Below the pieces are notes generated by a model that saw only the letters and a list, made by a program, of their open reading frames with translations, had not been told where the DNA came from and searched no databases. 64,000 nucleotides of DNA from Chlorokybus atmophyticus (lineage: Eukaryota > Plantae > Mesostigma and Chlorokybus algae): positions 124,001 to 188,000 of the forward strand of contig RHPI01001507.1 of assembly GCA_009103225.1 (NCBI GenBank). The letters are read 5' to 3'. Each line of letters begins with the position of its first letter. Position 1 is the stretch's first letter. The translations under genes were made by a program, and so were the position numbers. Below, piece by piece: positions 9,204 through 21,400 of this stretch.

Positions 9204-12200
9204 TACCACGGTACCGACCGCGGTAGCCGCGGGCGGTACAGCGGCTCAGCGCGGCCGCTACTGCAATCGATCGGGTTATAACATAAATTTTTAGTAGGGT
9301 TATTAATCTACGCTGACAGGATAGGATGTTGACTTGCAATCCGTACTTAGGACTTTATGTTGTATCGCAGCTGGCATGGCGGATGGGGACGATGCTGCGT
9401 GCCTGGGTTCGAGTCCCCGAAAACGCAAAGGGCAGGGCACTTTTTGCATGGGCCGGGGAGTAATTAGTATTTTAATACACTAACTGACGAAAAGTTAACT
9501 GCCATATGCTTAACTGGCGTCTCAGCCCTGATTTGGTTTCCAGGGGACCGTGGGACAATTACGTACTATCTGGACCAGCCCTGGTCCAAGCGTGCAGACC
9601 AAGGCGGGGGACCTTGGTCCGGACCCCAAGCCACCCGGGCAACTTGGCCCTGGTCCGTACGTGCAGACCAGGGCTAGTCCGCGGGGACGATTCCGTGTTA
9701 TTGCTATGCAAAGTTGCTGCCAATGACCAGTTGCGGTATGCTGTCTCTGATTAGCTAGCAGCTTGCAGCAGCTGAAGGTGCTGTCTAGGCATTGTGTTGC
9801 CGTTGACAGTCTTGCCCTGGATGTTGTTGCTATATTCTTTTTTGTTGCTTCAATGACCGGTTGCAACACGCTGTCTTTGAGGCTGTCTTCTGCTAGATGC
9901 CAACAGCTGAAAGTGCTATAAAAAGCTGTCTTGCCATTGGCAGCCCTTGCCGTCAATCCTTTGCTGTACTGTTATATACTCATGTTGCAGCACTAATCAA
10001 GCAACGATACTGGTGCCTCAATACTCCCTTGGGGCGAAGCGCGACAGTGGTACCGCGACGAGCATCCAAGCATGCAGTGAGGCCAAGAAGCAAAGGCTTG
10101 CCAGCGACAAAATAGCTGAACAAGGGAGCCGCAATGCTCAAGCTGAAGCTGGTTGGGGCATGACATTTTGTTTTGGGAGGGACATGAGGGCCAACCAACA
10201 GGTGGTCATGCTTGCGCCTTTCACAGAATAGCCTCTCATAAACGCTCAATACCGGCCTACTTGGCTAAAAGAGAAGTAGGCAACCGTGGTGCTATCGACT
10301 GTCAATCATACTCCTCTATTACCTCCATGCCTGCATACTGGCTTCACACATAGTGCCTGCTACTCTGCATGTCACAACAGGCGTGCGGACGGATATACTA
10401 AACATCAGGGTTTTGACATTTACAATGACGCAGCAGTTGTTCGCCACCATCGGTTTTGCATACGAGCCACACCAGCCAATGCGCACGTATCCAGTTTTTG
10501 ATAACCACTTGATGACGATGCAAAGCGAGGATGGCGACTTCGCCGTTTACCAACTTGTGAAAGAAAGGCGTCACGCGAAAACGGTTTTTTATATGGCACG
10601 ATGGCAAACAGCTGCCATGGTTTGCGAACTCTCGAGGAACATTGCTTACTGTGGATATGCACATGCTTGTGCTGTGACTGTTTGGTGGAGTGCATGCATT
10701 TCTGATGTTAAACACAACAATATGCATGGCAAGGGAGATGGAGTGGCCCATGCTGTTTTTGGCCAGTGGAGGCATCTGCCCTTGTGAAGCATTGTGAGGC
10801 ATGTGCCAACAATGAGCGAATTGCGGTGTCGGGTTGCATAATTTAACAATGCGATCCATAAATCTTGTCTTGACAGTCACCAATGCAATGCATGCTGTCG
10901 TTTTTGCCACTCATTAACACCTTGCATTGCCAGCAGTCAATAACCTTACAGTCGATAACGCAGCTGATTACTTTATCATAACAGTCGCCAAGACTGCACC
11001 AACCAGTTTGGGTCATATGTAGGAAGCTGGGGCAATATTTGGTTGTGAAGATGCCGCCGCTATGGACTTGCAAATTGCAGCGGGGATTGTGTGCAACATC
11101 TAGCTCAACACCCCCATTAGAGAGGAGGCAATGGACATGTATGAGTACTATCACCACATCGAGCACGCGCTATTCTCTTATGGTCACCAGCTGGCATATA
11201 AGGACCCCGACCAAATGGAGCGTGTGTTGGAGGAGCTGATTTTGCGAGCCATTTGCAGCTTTATTGCGAGGAAAAAGAGGTTTGTGGCCAACAAAAAGTG
11301 TTAAAGGAGGGTGCGGGTGGGGATCAAATTGCAAACTACTAGGTATGCATACTTCACTGCAGCAAGGTTGCGACAATACTTTGCTAGTTTTAAAGAGTGG
11401 CTTGGTATAATGTAGTACTCTTAAGCGAGGCAAATAATATAAAGCTATTCCGATCAAAGAGGCAGTGGCTGCTACAGCCCTTGTCATCCTCTTGGGTGGG
11501 TGGTTTGCTATGATATGGTCAACTTATTCATTGTGTAAACACATAATAGTGCAGTTATTGTGCAAAGTTCAACAAGCATGTGTCGAGTGTTTGCAAAAGG
11601 TGCTGTTGAGCAAGGCTGTCGTGGGTGTTTTCACGTTGGGGAATTAACCAGGGAGAGCACAAGTTTGGCTTTCAGGCGAAGGTGCTGGCAACACAATAGT
11701 CTCATGTTGTTATCTGCTCTTCTTACCTCCTGTAACCGCAGCATGCAGTGCATGTAGGAGACAATAAGTTTAATTTTAACACTGGCTTGTCAATGATGGG
11801 CTGTCGCTTGAGAGTCTATGGCAAGCATAGCAATTTTGTACATTGCATGCGTGGTGAATTGCAAGCACCAGGGGTAGGCACCGGTGCTCAAACTATGCAT
11901 GGCTGCAATGGATGTGACATCATGACTGCGCATGACGTGACTATCAACCATGTATGATGCAATATCTATTAAGACCATACATTGTTTTTTGGTGGACCAT
12001 GTATGCGCAATGTGCGTATTCATAGACCATGCATAATGCTAATGTATATCCAACTATGCATAGTGCATTATTTGTTGGGACCATACATGCTGCCACTTGT
12101 GGACCAAGCATGCACAACAATGTGCATGTCCATAGACCATGCATGGTGCGATTGTCAATCAGACTGCATCATGTGTGATCCACTATGCCAGGAGGGCAGC

Positions 12201-12420
12201 GATTTATGCATGGTCTGTACATAATCAACATAAAAAAGAGATTCGGTCTGTATCCATGGACCTGCATGATGCGATTGATAATAACCAAACATGTGGACGT
12301 AACACACAAACCATGCCCGGTCACTTGTGGCAGGGGGCAATGCATTATACTAGTCCTTGCAACCTCATATAGATACCACACACTCACACTTGTGGTGTTT
12401 GTTTGAGGTGTTTGTATGAG

Positions 12421-15400
12421 CATGGTGCGACCCCAACTAAAACATGGGACCGTTCATGTGAGCTTTAGACCATACATTGTCTAACTGTCATTAACAGTTT
12501 AATCATTGTAATCCACTGATTTTACTTAGCTTGGGAAAATGCACGTTCAGAGATCCATGGTCCCTTAATGTCAGTTGGTGTGCCCCTTATACGAGTCTCA
12601 GACAGCCCTTATTATGACAAGGGCTGATTGAGACTCGTGTTGATTAATGCACTACTTGAACTGTTACATAATCTTATGCAAGTGGCAACAGCCGCTGTGC
12701 CGCCGTGAATGTCACTATTATACCAAGTCATTAGCCATGTTGTAAGGAGTTGCGCTGCCACATTGTAAATACAAGTGCATATCTATGTGGAGGCAATGTG
12801 CATACCTTATACTGCTGGGCTTTTGGGGCGTTACCAGCTGTTCACAACTGGTGAGATGGATACCGCTTGTGAAATCTGCTAGCAGTCTTCCAAGCTTCTT
12901 GACCCGCTTATAAGGGGGTTATTTGCAGAGCAGCAGTATTGATGTCCCTTAACGGTGCATCCAAAGCCACAACAGCAAACGTGGTTGCACCTTGCTTCCT
13001 CAACTCGTTGTACAAGTAAGGTGGCAGCTAGGTTGTTCGCTAATCTTTAATGCAGCCAGCGCCTTTCAAGAGTTGAATGCTGGCAACCACAGTGGGCTTT
13101 TACGGTGCGGTACACATGTAGCAAAACAATTTAATAATGCCGTTGACAAAAGCAGCAAGGTAAGTTGCTGCTCCCAAACCAATGCTTGCTCACAACTCGA
13201 GAGATGTTGGCGCTGCCCACTCAACTACGTCTGTTTGCCAGTTGCAGGCAAGAAGAGTGCAGAGTAGGCCTCCATTGCCCTCCTAGTTCATTTTGCCCGT
13301 AGTGATGAAAAAAAAGATGCCATGCGATACCACGCTTCTCTCCTTTTACTGGTATAGTCACCAGCGGATGTGGTTATAAACCTTGCTTATTGGTAGGCTT
13401 GCTAAATGATTGACCATGCACAGATGGTTAGATTGCTAAAACGCGGATTCGCTCATACAAAAACGCGCTCATGGGCAGCAAGCTGCAGTCTTTCATTAAC
13501 ATTTTCAAATCTTATAAACTAGCCTTGCATATAGGTGTGGTAGGTGTGTGCGAATTATGCTCTTTATACAAAACGCATTGAATAAATTTTCAGCAATCAA
13601 AACTTGCTGCTGCTCACATGCTGCCGTCGCTAATGCATTTCGTTTAGGTTATTAATAATCATTTGTGTAATTGGCAATCGTGACCAGACAAGTCTGCTAT
13701 TACTGTTTGGAGCTGAAAAAAATATGCATACGTGCTACATCATAATCTGGCAAGGATCAGTTCAAGTGATTGCTACTCATAGACTTTTGCGTTTGCACAC
13801 TGTCTTAACTGCAATGGCAAACCAGTTCCTACTTAAAGAAACTTCTATTGGTACATTGCGTACATTTTACACTCACGAGTTCAGCAAGCACAACGCACAT
13901 GGCTCACTTCTTACAATACAGGTTTCCCTCAGCATACGGTACACACCACAATACAGTCAGCGTCGCCCCACGGCAATCCTCTCGCCATAACTGCCGAACT
14001 CGCTACCATCATTGCCACAGCGACCCAGCAACCGCTTACATTGACGCTATAGGCGCATTTGCCTCAGTTGGTCGGCCCCAATGGTCTTGAGTGGCATAGG
14101 TGCCCCATCGCACGTGTGGCGCTCCTTCTCCAACTCCTTTGCCAATGATCAACTTACGAGAACTTTTCCCGCCATATGGCTGCTAAACAACTTAAAGCAA
14201 TTGAGTTTGCCATAGGAACTTCATGCTGCCGACAGAACAACAAGCAGTCTAACACGCCATCTACACAGGTAAAAGCCTTTCGCTACATTGTCATTGGCCA
14301 TGTGCTGCGCTCCACGATGCCGATGTCGGGTGCTAACAGCTTGCAGCGTCTCTCTGTCACAGCACTCGCTTACACGACATTCATACAACAACATTCAGAT
14401 TATGTAAAGTAAGCCGCATTGCAAGGCCCGTATTGCCTAGCTGATAGGACTGACATGTGTACATAAACGTATGCAGCCTGCTGTGCACAAGAGTATTGCT
14501 TTTGCAAAGCAAACTCGGGAAGCGCTTGAAGGAATTGATTGGTTGAATATGGTCAACAGCCAAAAAAGCCCGCCAATAAGCAACCTTCTTAGCCACCGCC
14601 GGCGACAGGGAAAGAAGAAGAGGCTTGTACTGCAGCATGGTGACAAGTTTTTCATTACGTATGCTCAACTGTGCTTTAAGCTCTAACATGTTTGTTGCAA
14701 GCCTCTTAAGAGCTTTAATGAGCAAAGTAAGCCAGGCCATTTTCACGCTTTCACCAAGAAACAACTAATGCATATGTGGTTTTAAATCATGTTGACCATA
14801 AGCACGACATTTGAAATTATGAACATGAGCTTTGCCGTACCTCATGTATTTGTCGTTTTTAAGCTCGGTACAGATGCCAAATATGAAGTAAGTGTTGTGA
14901 GAGAGAACAAGTGATACACCTCTTGTGTGTGTGTGTATTCGCTTCTCACATACAAGTGTGCACACATCAAAGACAAGTGCAACAAGCACGCCAACTACAG
15001 AGACAATATGCGACCCACTATGTTAGGCAATATATACAGTGTCTTTTATACTATAGCTAATACACCATTAACGTCATAATTGGACACTGTATGCAAAAGT
15101 TAACAACCGCTACAGGTTGGGAGTGCATACACTCACTTGTTGTAATTCGAGGGGTAGACATGGAGGCAGCATGCACTGTGGCCCTTGACTACACCTCAGT
15201 TGTTGTTTAATAATAGGAGTTGGTGGAGGACTTGCTGAAACTCTATAAACTTGTACGAGCAACTAGCAACTTGGTCCGTATACAAGGCACCGCTTATGGG
15301 AGGCCTTCACACATTTAACATCAAAAGGCCAGAAATGGTCCTTGCCTTCGGACCGGGATTTTGCGCTACTAAATGAAATCTGTGGACCATATAAACCGTA

Positions 15401-15484
15401 TGGTACGGCTGTCATTGACAGTTGAACCATGCATGGTCCAGACTACACCAAAACGGTCCCATGTTTTATTGGGGTCGCACCGTG
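12421..15484. mobile_element. Non-autonomous or degenerate TIR element, possibly CMC (CACTA/Chapaev-like)
   Basis: ~34-bp terminal inverted repeats caYggtgcgaccccaa(c)taaaacatgggaccgtt at 12421-12455 and 15452-15484, with subterminal GACCAT motifs. No matching TSD found. Interior shows only degenerate coding-like sequence. Confidence 0.55.
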
Positions 15485-15567
15485 TTTGCCCGGCCACTAG
15501 CCGGTCGCATTAGGTACATTCAGGTACAAGCCGGCCAGCGGCCCAAGGACTAGTCATGAATGTACTA

Positions 15568-15991
15568 CAGTCTAACCTCAATAAGTGCATACCATTGGGA
15601 ACGGGCTTATGTATGCACTTATCGCGTTTATGCATCCTCGTTAAGTGCATAACATATGCACCGCTTTATGTGCATTTATTATGCACTTAGGCTTGGCATA
15701 AATGCATAACCTATGCACTTAATGAGTAAACCCAATCATGAGTTACGTTGTAACGTGTACGACCGTAAATTTAATACACTGTATTCATAACTTGTCTGTA
15801 ACTTAAGCGTAATTCACCTTAATAAGTGCATAGACACACTAAAGGTTAGGCATCTCAAGGTATGCACTTATCGATAAATGCATATGCTCTTACCGCACAG
15901 GTCTTCCCCCTGAAGACGTCGGTGATGGCCGAATTTATGCATTAAACGCGGATATGCACTAATCAAATATGCACTTATCGAGGTTAGACTG
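15568..15991 (-). mobile_element. pogo-type MITE, copy 2 (424 bp), inverted relative to copy 1
   Basis: Same TIRs (one mismatch); TA flanks 15566-15567 and 15992-15993; body is the reverse complement of 8772-9203. Confidence 0.95.
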
Positions 15992-16029
15992 TAAATACTG
16001 GTTCGGCCAGCGGATCATGGACTGACATA

Positions 16030-16462
16030 CAGTGGAACCTTAATAAGTGCATATTCGATTAGTACATATATCCGCGTTGAGTGCATATATTTGGCCGTCA
16101 CCGCCAATTTACAGGGGGAAGATCTATGCGTTAAGCATGTGTTTATTGATCAGTGCATACCATGAGATGTCTAACCTTTACTGTGTCTATGCACTTATTA
16201 AGGTGGATTACGCTTGAGTTACGAATAGATTCTGACTACAATGTATTGTAGTTACAATTGTACACGTTACAACGCAACTGCAGGTTTACTCCATAAGTGC
16301 ATAGATTATGCATTTATGCCAAGGCTAAGTGCAACAAATATGCACTTGAAGCAGATGATTAGTTAATATACTAATATATATGCACTTAATGAGGATGCAT
16401 AAACGCAAAAAGTGCATATATATGCCCATTCCCGATGGTATGCACTCATCGAGGTTGGACTA
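16030..16462 (+). mobile_element. pogo-type MITE, copy 3 (older, diverged)
   Basis: Degenerate TIRs (cagtggaaccttaataagtgcata ... tatgcactcatcgaggttggacta); TA flanks 16028-16029 and 16463-16464; colinear with copy 1. Confidence 0.9.
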
Positions 16463-17412
16463 TATTTATCCATAATCATTAGTGTTTGTTACGAATACGG
16501 GAAAAGTGTTATGGCTTAAGCCGATGGCACCGGCCATGCCCAATCTGTGACGCACGAGGCCGCGGCATATAAGAGATGAGTAGTCAAGAAACATACATGC
16601 GTTTATTAAGAATCAAACCCAGTATTTTTGGAGTACAAACACGATGGATGTAACAGTTAAGGCCAAATTCTGTGATTTTCATGGCCGTTTTAGGCCTTAT
16701 TTGTAAGGTGCATGTTTTTAATGACTTGTGGCGGATATCGGCGAGTTATGAGTCTGCCGCGGATATCGACCGGGGCACCAAGACCAGTCCGGAAGGTGCC
16801 AGAAAACGGAGGGCCAGTCGAGAAGGGCTCGACCAGATTTCTGGAAGGGCCTGGCGCCAAGTAGTGTAACTTGACCATATGAGCAGCAAAGTAGGAGATC
16901 TTTGGTGCGTTGGAAAGGTCTAGAAGTGTACTACAAGATTCTGCAAGAGTATCTTAGCTTCTAGTTCCGTCTAGCGCTAGAATCGTCTAGACAGTAGCAT
17001 GTGCAGACTGGTAGGTATAAAAGTGACATTCTACAATTTGCAATACAACCTTTAGCTCCCTAGTTTCTGGTGTGCAAGCTTGGTGGTGGTTAGCAGGGGT
17101 TGCTAGCGTGTGGCCACCAGTGTGTGCTTGCTTGTGTGACGATCCAAGGCGCTACACAAGTCGGTGTAGCTTCGAGCGCATGCGCGTGCGTACGCGAGTG
17201 GCGGGGTGCGTGTGTGTGCTTGGCAGAGGGGGCAAGGTTCCAGTGTGAATACCGTGTCTTGGTGAGAGGGTTGTGGATTGGACCAACTCACAGGTGACAA
17301 GGCACGAGCACCGTCACAACTGGTATCGGAGCACGGTTTACGAAGGTGAGAGAGGAAGTGTGTGGGCGTTTACACTTTTCATTCGGAAGCGGAGTGTAGT
17401 GTGTTAGTGGAG

Positions 17413-18441
17413 ATGGAGGATGCTCGCATGGAAGAGCTTCAAGCTGCCATCTTGGCACTGAGGGAAGAGCTTCATCACACTCAAGCGGCGGCACAAGCAC
17501 AACGCGAGGCGTATGAGCATGCGATGGCGCGTGTACAAATTCCCATGGCATCAAGCTCGCGCGTGCATGTGAAGGTGCCAAAGCCCAAGCCATTCAGGGG
17601 TCAACGTGATGGAGATGCAGTGGATGAATGGATTTTTCAAGTATCGTCTTGGTTGAAGCTCACGGAGGTGCCCACGCATCTGCACGTGGAGGTTGCAGCG
17701 ACATTGCTTGAAGGTGCAGCACTTGTGTGGTGGAGGCATCGATGTACGCGAGTTGCAAACGGGTTGGCGCTACCATTGACCACCATGGAAGAGTTGGCAC
17801 TGGAGGTCAGGCATCAATTTGTTCCCGTTGAGAGCGTGAAGGCCGCACGCGACAAACTTGCAGCCCTTGTGCAAATGGGGTCGGTGATGGCGTACACGGC
17901 CGCGTTTCAGCGATTGGTGATGTCCATACCCAATATGACCGAGGAGGAGCAGTTGGACAGGTATACACGTGGTTTAAAACCTTTGGGGCGTAAAGAAGTG
18001 GAGCTACGGGACCCGAAGACACTCGCGGAGGCTATACGCATCGCGGAGCGTCTCGACGCGTTGTACTTCAAGTCCACCACAAGAAACACTGACTGGAGGC
18101 AAAGGCATGGTGATCAGCCCCGGGGAGGCTTTCAACATGCATGGAGACGAGGAGAACCAAGTTCAGCACTTGCAAATGGAGGTGGAGCTGACTCTGGGCC
18201 TGCACCAATGGAGGTGGGTGCCATACACACACATGGAAGTGAGGCGAAGCACGGCGGACGTGGTGAAAGAGGTAAAGGTGTGCGCAAGTGTTATGCGTGT
18301 GGGTCGACGGAGCATTTGGCGTACGGATGCCCCAAACGAAGCACGCAAAGGCCAACACCGGATGGCAACCCTCGCCGTGATCGTCGCGTCAACACCATGG
18401 AGCAAAATGGCGTGGAGCAGGAAAACGACTTCCCCCAGTAG
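17413..18441 (+). CDS. gag: Gag polyprotein (retrotransposon capsid domain + CCHC zinc knuckle), element A
   Basis: PKPKPFRG...WIFQVSSW, YTAAFQRL, YTRGLKP and CYACGSTEHLAYGC. ATG at 17413, TAG at 18439-18441. Confidence 0.95.
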   Translation: MEDARMEELQAAILALREELHHTQAAAQAQREAYEHAMARVQIPMASSSRVHVKVPKPKPFRGQRDGDAVDEWIFQVSSWLKLTEVPTHLHVEVAATLLEGAALVWWRHRCTRVANGLALPLTTMEELALEVRHQFVPVESVKAARDKLAALVQMGSVMAYTAAFQRLVMSIPNMTEEEQLDRYTRGLKPLGRKEVELRDPKTLAEAIRIAERLDALYFKSTTRNTDWRQRHGDQPRGGFQHAWRRGEPSSALANGGGADSGPAPMEVGAIHTHGSEAKHGGRGERGKGVRKCYACGSTEHLAYGCPKRSTQRPTPDGNPRRDRRVNTMEQNGVEQENDFPQ

Positions 18442-21400
18442 GTGAGGAGGCTACTGCTGGGGATAGGAAGGAGCCTCATGCACGGACGGATGCTGTGACA
18501 TTTCCATTAAAGAAGCAAGAAGAGATGGCTTTGAACGCGCCAATGGTGGTGAGTTATGCAAACGAGGAGACAACAAAGTACTTCGGGCTTCGAGCACACA
18601 TTTGCGATGACCAAGGACGATGGAGAGAGTGTAAGCTCATGATTGATAGCGGTGCCAACAGCAACTTTATGAGTATTGATATTGCGCGGCGTTACGGTTG
18701 GCTTTCGTCATTACGAGGAGGTGAAGTGAAGCTCGCTGATGGAGAGCCACCCTCTGGAGGTGATGGCGCTGCGTTTATGACCAAAGAGTTGTGCGTTCGC
18801 ATTGGGAAGATGAAGGAGAGCATGCGATTTTGCTGCATCACCCTACGGAACGGGTTTGATGGGATTTTGGGACTACCGTGGCTATGGCAACATAATCCAG
18901 CCATCAATTGGAGGAAGCGCGTGCTCACCATCGAGCGAAACGGTGGAGAGTCCATTCAAGCTGCATCGGACGTCATCGAGGCGCGGCACGCACAATTAGG
19001 TGGTACGACAATTGCCCAGATCTCTTATGTGCAATTGAGGAAGTTATTGTCTCCACGGAAGGCAAAGGCTGCATGGTTGTGCGTGGTGCGCGAAAACACT
19101 GCAAAGTCAGCACCGGAGCTGAGTGACGATGTTCAGACGGCTACTATGGACCCCGAGGTGTGTAAACTTGTTAAAGAATACCAAGATATCATGGTGGACG
19201 GACTTCCATCTGGTCTACCACCTCCACGGAGCGTAGACCACCGTGTGGAGCTGATTGAGGGCGTGCACAAGCCACCGTATCGACCCGTATACAAGTTGTC
19301 ACCTTTGGAACTGGAAGAGGCCGAGAGGCAGGTGGCGGACTTGCTGAAAAGAGGCTACATCAGGCCTAGTAAGTCCCCCTATGGTGCACCTATTTTGTTT
19401 GTACGAAAGAAGAACGGGAGCTTGCGCATGTGCGTCGACTACCGAGCTCTCAACAACATCACGAAGAGGAATTGCTTTCCACTCCCACGTATCGACGAGT
19501 TGCTGGAGCAATTGCAAGGTGCGCAGTACTTCACAACACTTGATCTTGCTGGAGGTTATCACCAAATTCGCATCGCGCCCGAGGATGTGGAGAAAACAGC
19601 TTTTAACACACGTTATGGGCACTACGAGTGGTTGGTCATGTCCTTCGGACTTACGAACGCACCGGCAACATTTCAAACGCTTATGAACAGCGTTTTTGCT
19701 GACTTGATTGGTAAGGGAGTCCTCGTGTACCTCGACGACATTTTGGTGTACGCGACAACAAAGGAGGAGCACGTGGCACTTCTACGGCGCGTGTTGCAGC
19801 GTTTGCGCGAACACAAGTTGTACGCCCAGCTACAAAAGTGCAAATTCTTGCTTCGAGAGGTGGAGTACCTAGGCCACATTGTGTCGCATGAAGGCATCAA
19901 GCCGGACCCCAACAAAGTGCAGGTGGTGCGCGAGTGGGCTGCCCCGACCAATGTAAAGGAGGTGATGTCCTTTTTAGGCCTTGCGGGGTATTATCGCAAG
20001 TTTATCATGGGGTTTTCGCGCATAGCTGCTCCCTTGACTACCCTACTCAAGAAGGGAAAGCATTGGAGCTGGTCAGCAACAGAGGAACATGCATTTGCTG
20101 CGTTGAAGAAGGCGCTGACGGAGGCACCAGTCCTGGCTCACCCCAACATGGAAAAGACATTTATTTTGGCTTGCGACGCGTCCGACACAGCCGTAGGAGC
20201 TGTTTTGCAGCAAGACCATGGCAACGGCCTTCAACCAGTAGCATTCTTCAGCAAGAAGATGAGTGGTGCGGAGCTGAATTACCCCGTGCACGAGAAGGAA
20301 CTTTTAGCGCAAGTCATGGCGCTACGACAATGGCGTTGTTTTTTGGAAGGCAAAAAGTTCGTGCTTGAGACGGATCACTCTCCACTGAGGTACTTACAAA
20401 CACAACCTCATCTGAGTCGCAGACAAGCTCGATGGCTTGAGTTCTTTCAACTTTTTAACTTCGATATCAAGTACAAGCCCGGTACGTCAAATGGTGTTGC
20501 TGACGCGCTGAGCCGGCTTAATGCAATTGAGGCACTCGCTCAAGTGCAGCCCGAGTGGACCGACCAGATTCGGCACGTGCTTCGTGAAGACACGGAGGGT
20601 ATGAAAGTGTTGCAAGAGCTGGAAAATACAGCTACGGACACAAGTGGGCACTGGTCACTGCGCGACGGGCTGCTGTGGCACCATGGGCGCTTGTACATCC
20701 CCAACGTCGCGCATATCCGTGTGAAGTTGCTGAAGGAAGCTCATGACGTGCCCATTGCTGGTCACCAAGGGTTGGAAAGGACTTTGGCAAGCTTAAAACA
20801 GCGTTTTTACTGGCGAGAGATGCATCGCGATGTGCGCGACTACGTGGCGTTGTGCGACGCATGCCAAAGGGTGAAGGCAAGCAACCAAAAGCCAGGTGGG
20901 TTGCTGCAACCTCTCCCTGTGCCATTGTCCAAGTGGGAGCAAGTTACCATGGACTTTATCAGGGGGCTACCAAGCACAAAAGAAGGGTACGACGCTATAC
21001 TTGTGTTCGTCGATAAAACCAGCAAAATGGTACGCTTGGCACCGTGTAGTGAGTCTTGCACGGCACCGGAGGCAGCACGCTTGTTCGTGAAGCATGTATT
21101 TCGTTCTCATGGATTACCACGAAGCATTGTGAGTGATCGCGACCCGCGCTTTACAAGTAAGTTTTGGGAGGCGCTGCATAGTGCACTGGGTACCACACTG
21201 AAGTTTAGCACGGCATTCCACCCGCAAACTGATGGGCAAACGGAGCGGGCCAACCGTGTGATCGAGGACATGCTGCGTTGCTACGTTAACGCGCGACAAG
21301 ACAATTGGGAGGAGCTGCTTGAGTTGGTTGAGTTTGCGATCAACAACCACCACAATGCAAGCACAGGTGTCACTCCCTTCCTTATGAACTACGGGCAACA

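Noticed and set aside
9372-9420. tRNA-like box A/box B (tggcatggcgg ... ggttcgagtcc)
   Set aside because: Spacing is only 23 nt and there is no cloverleaf; at most a SINE/tRNA fragment.
12660-13160. hAT transposase call based on IRYAHC
   Set aside because: A single short motif in a frame lacking other hAT hallmarks; the termini do not look like hAT.
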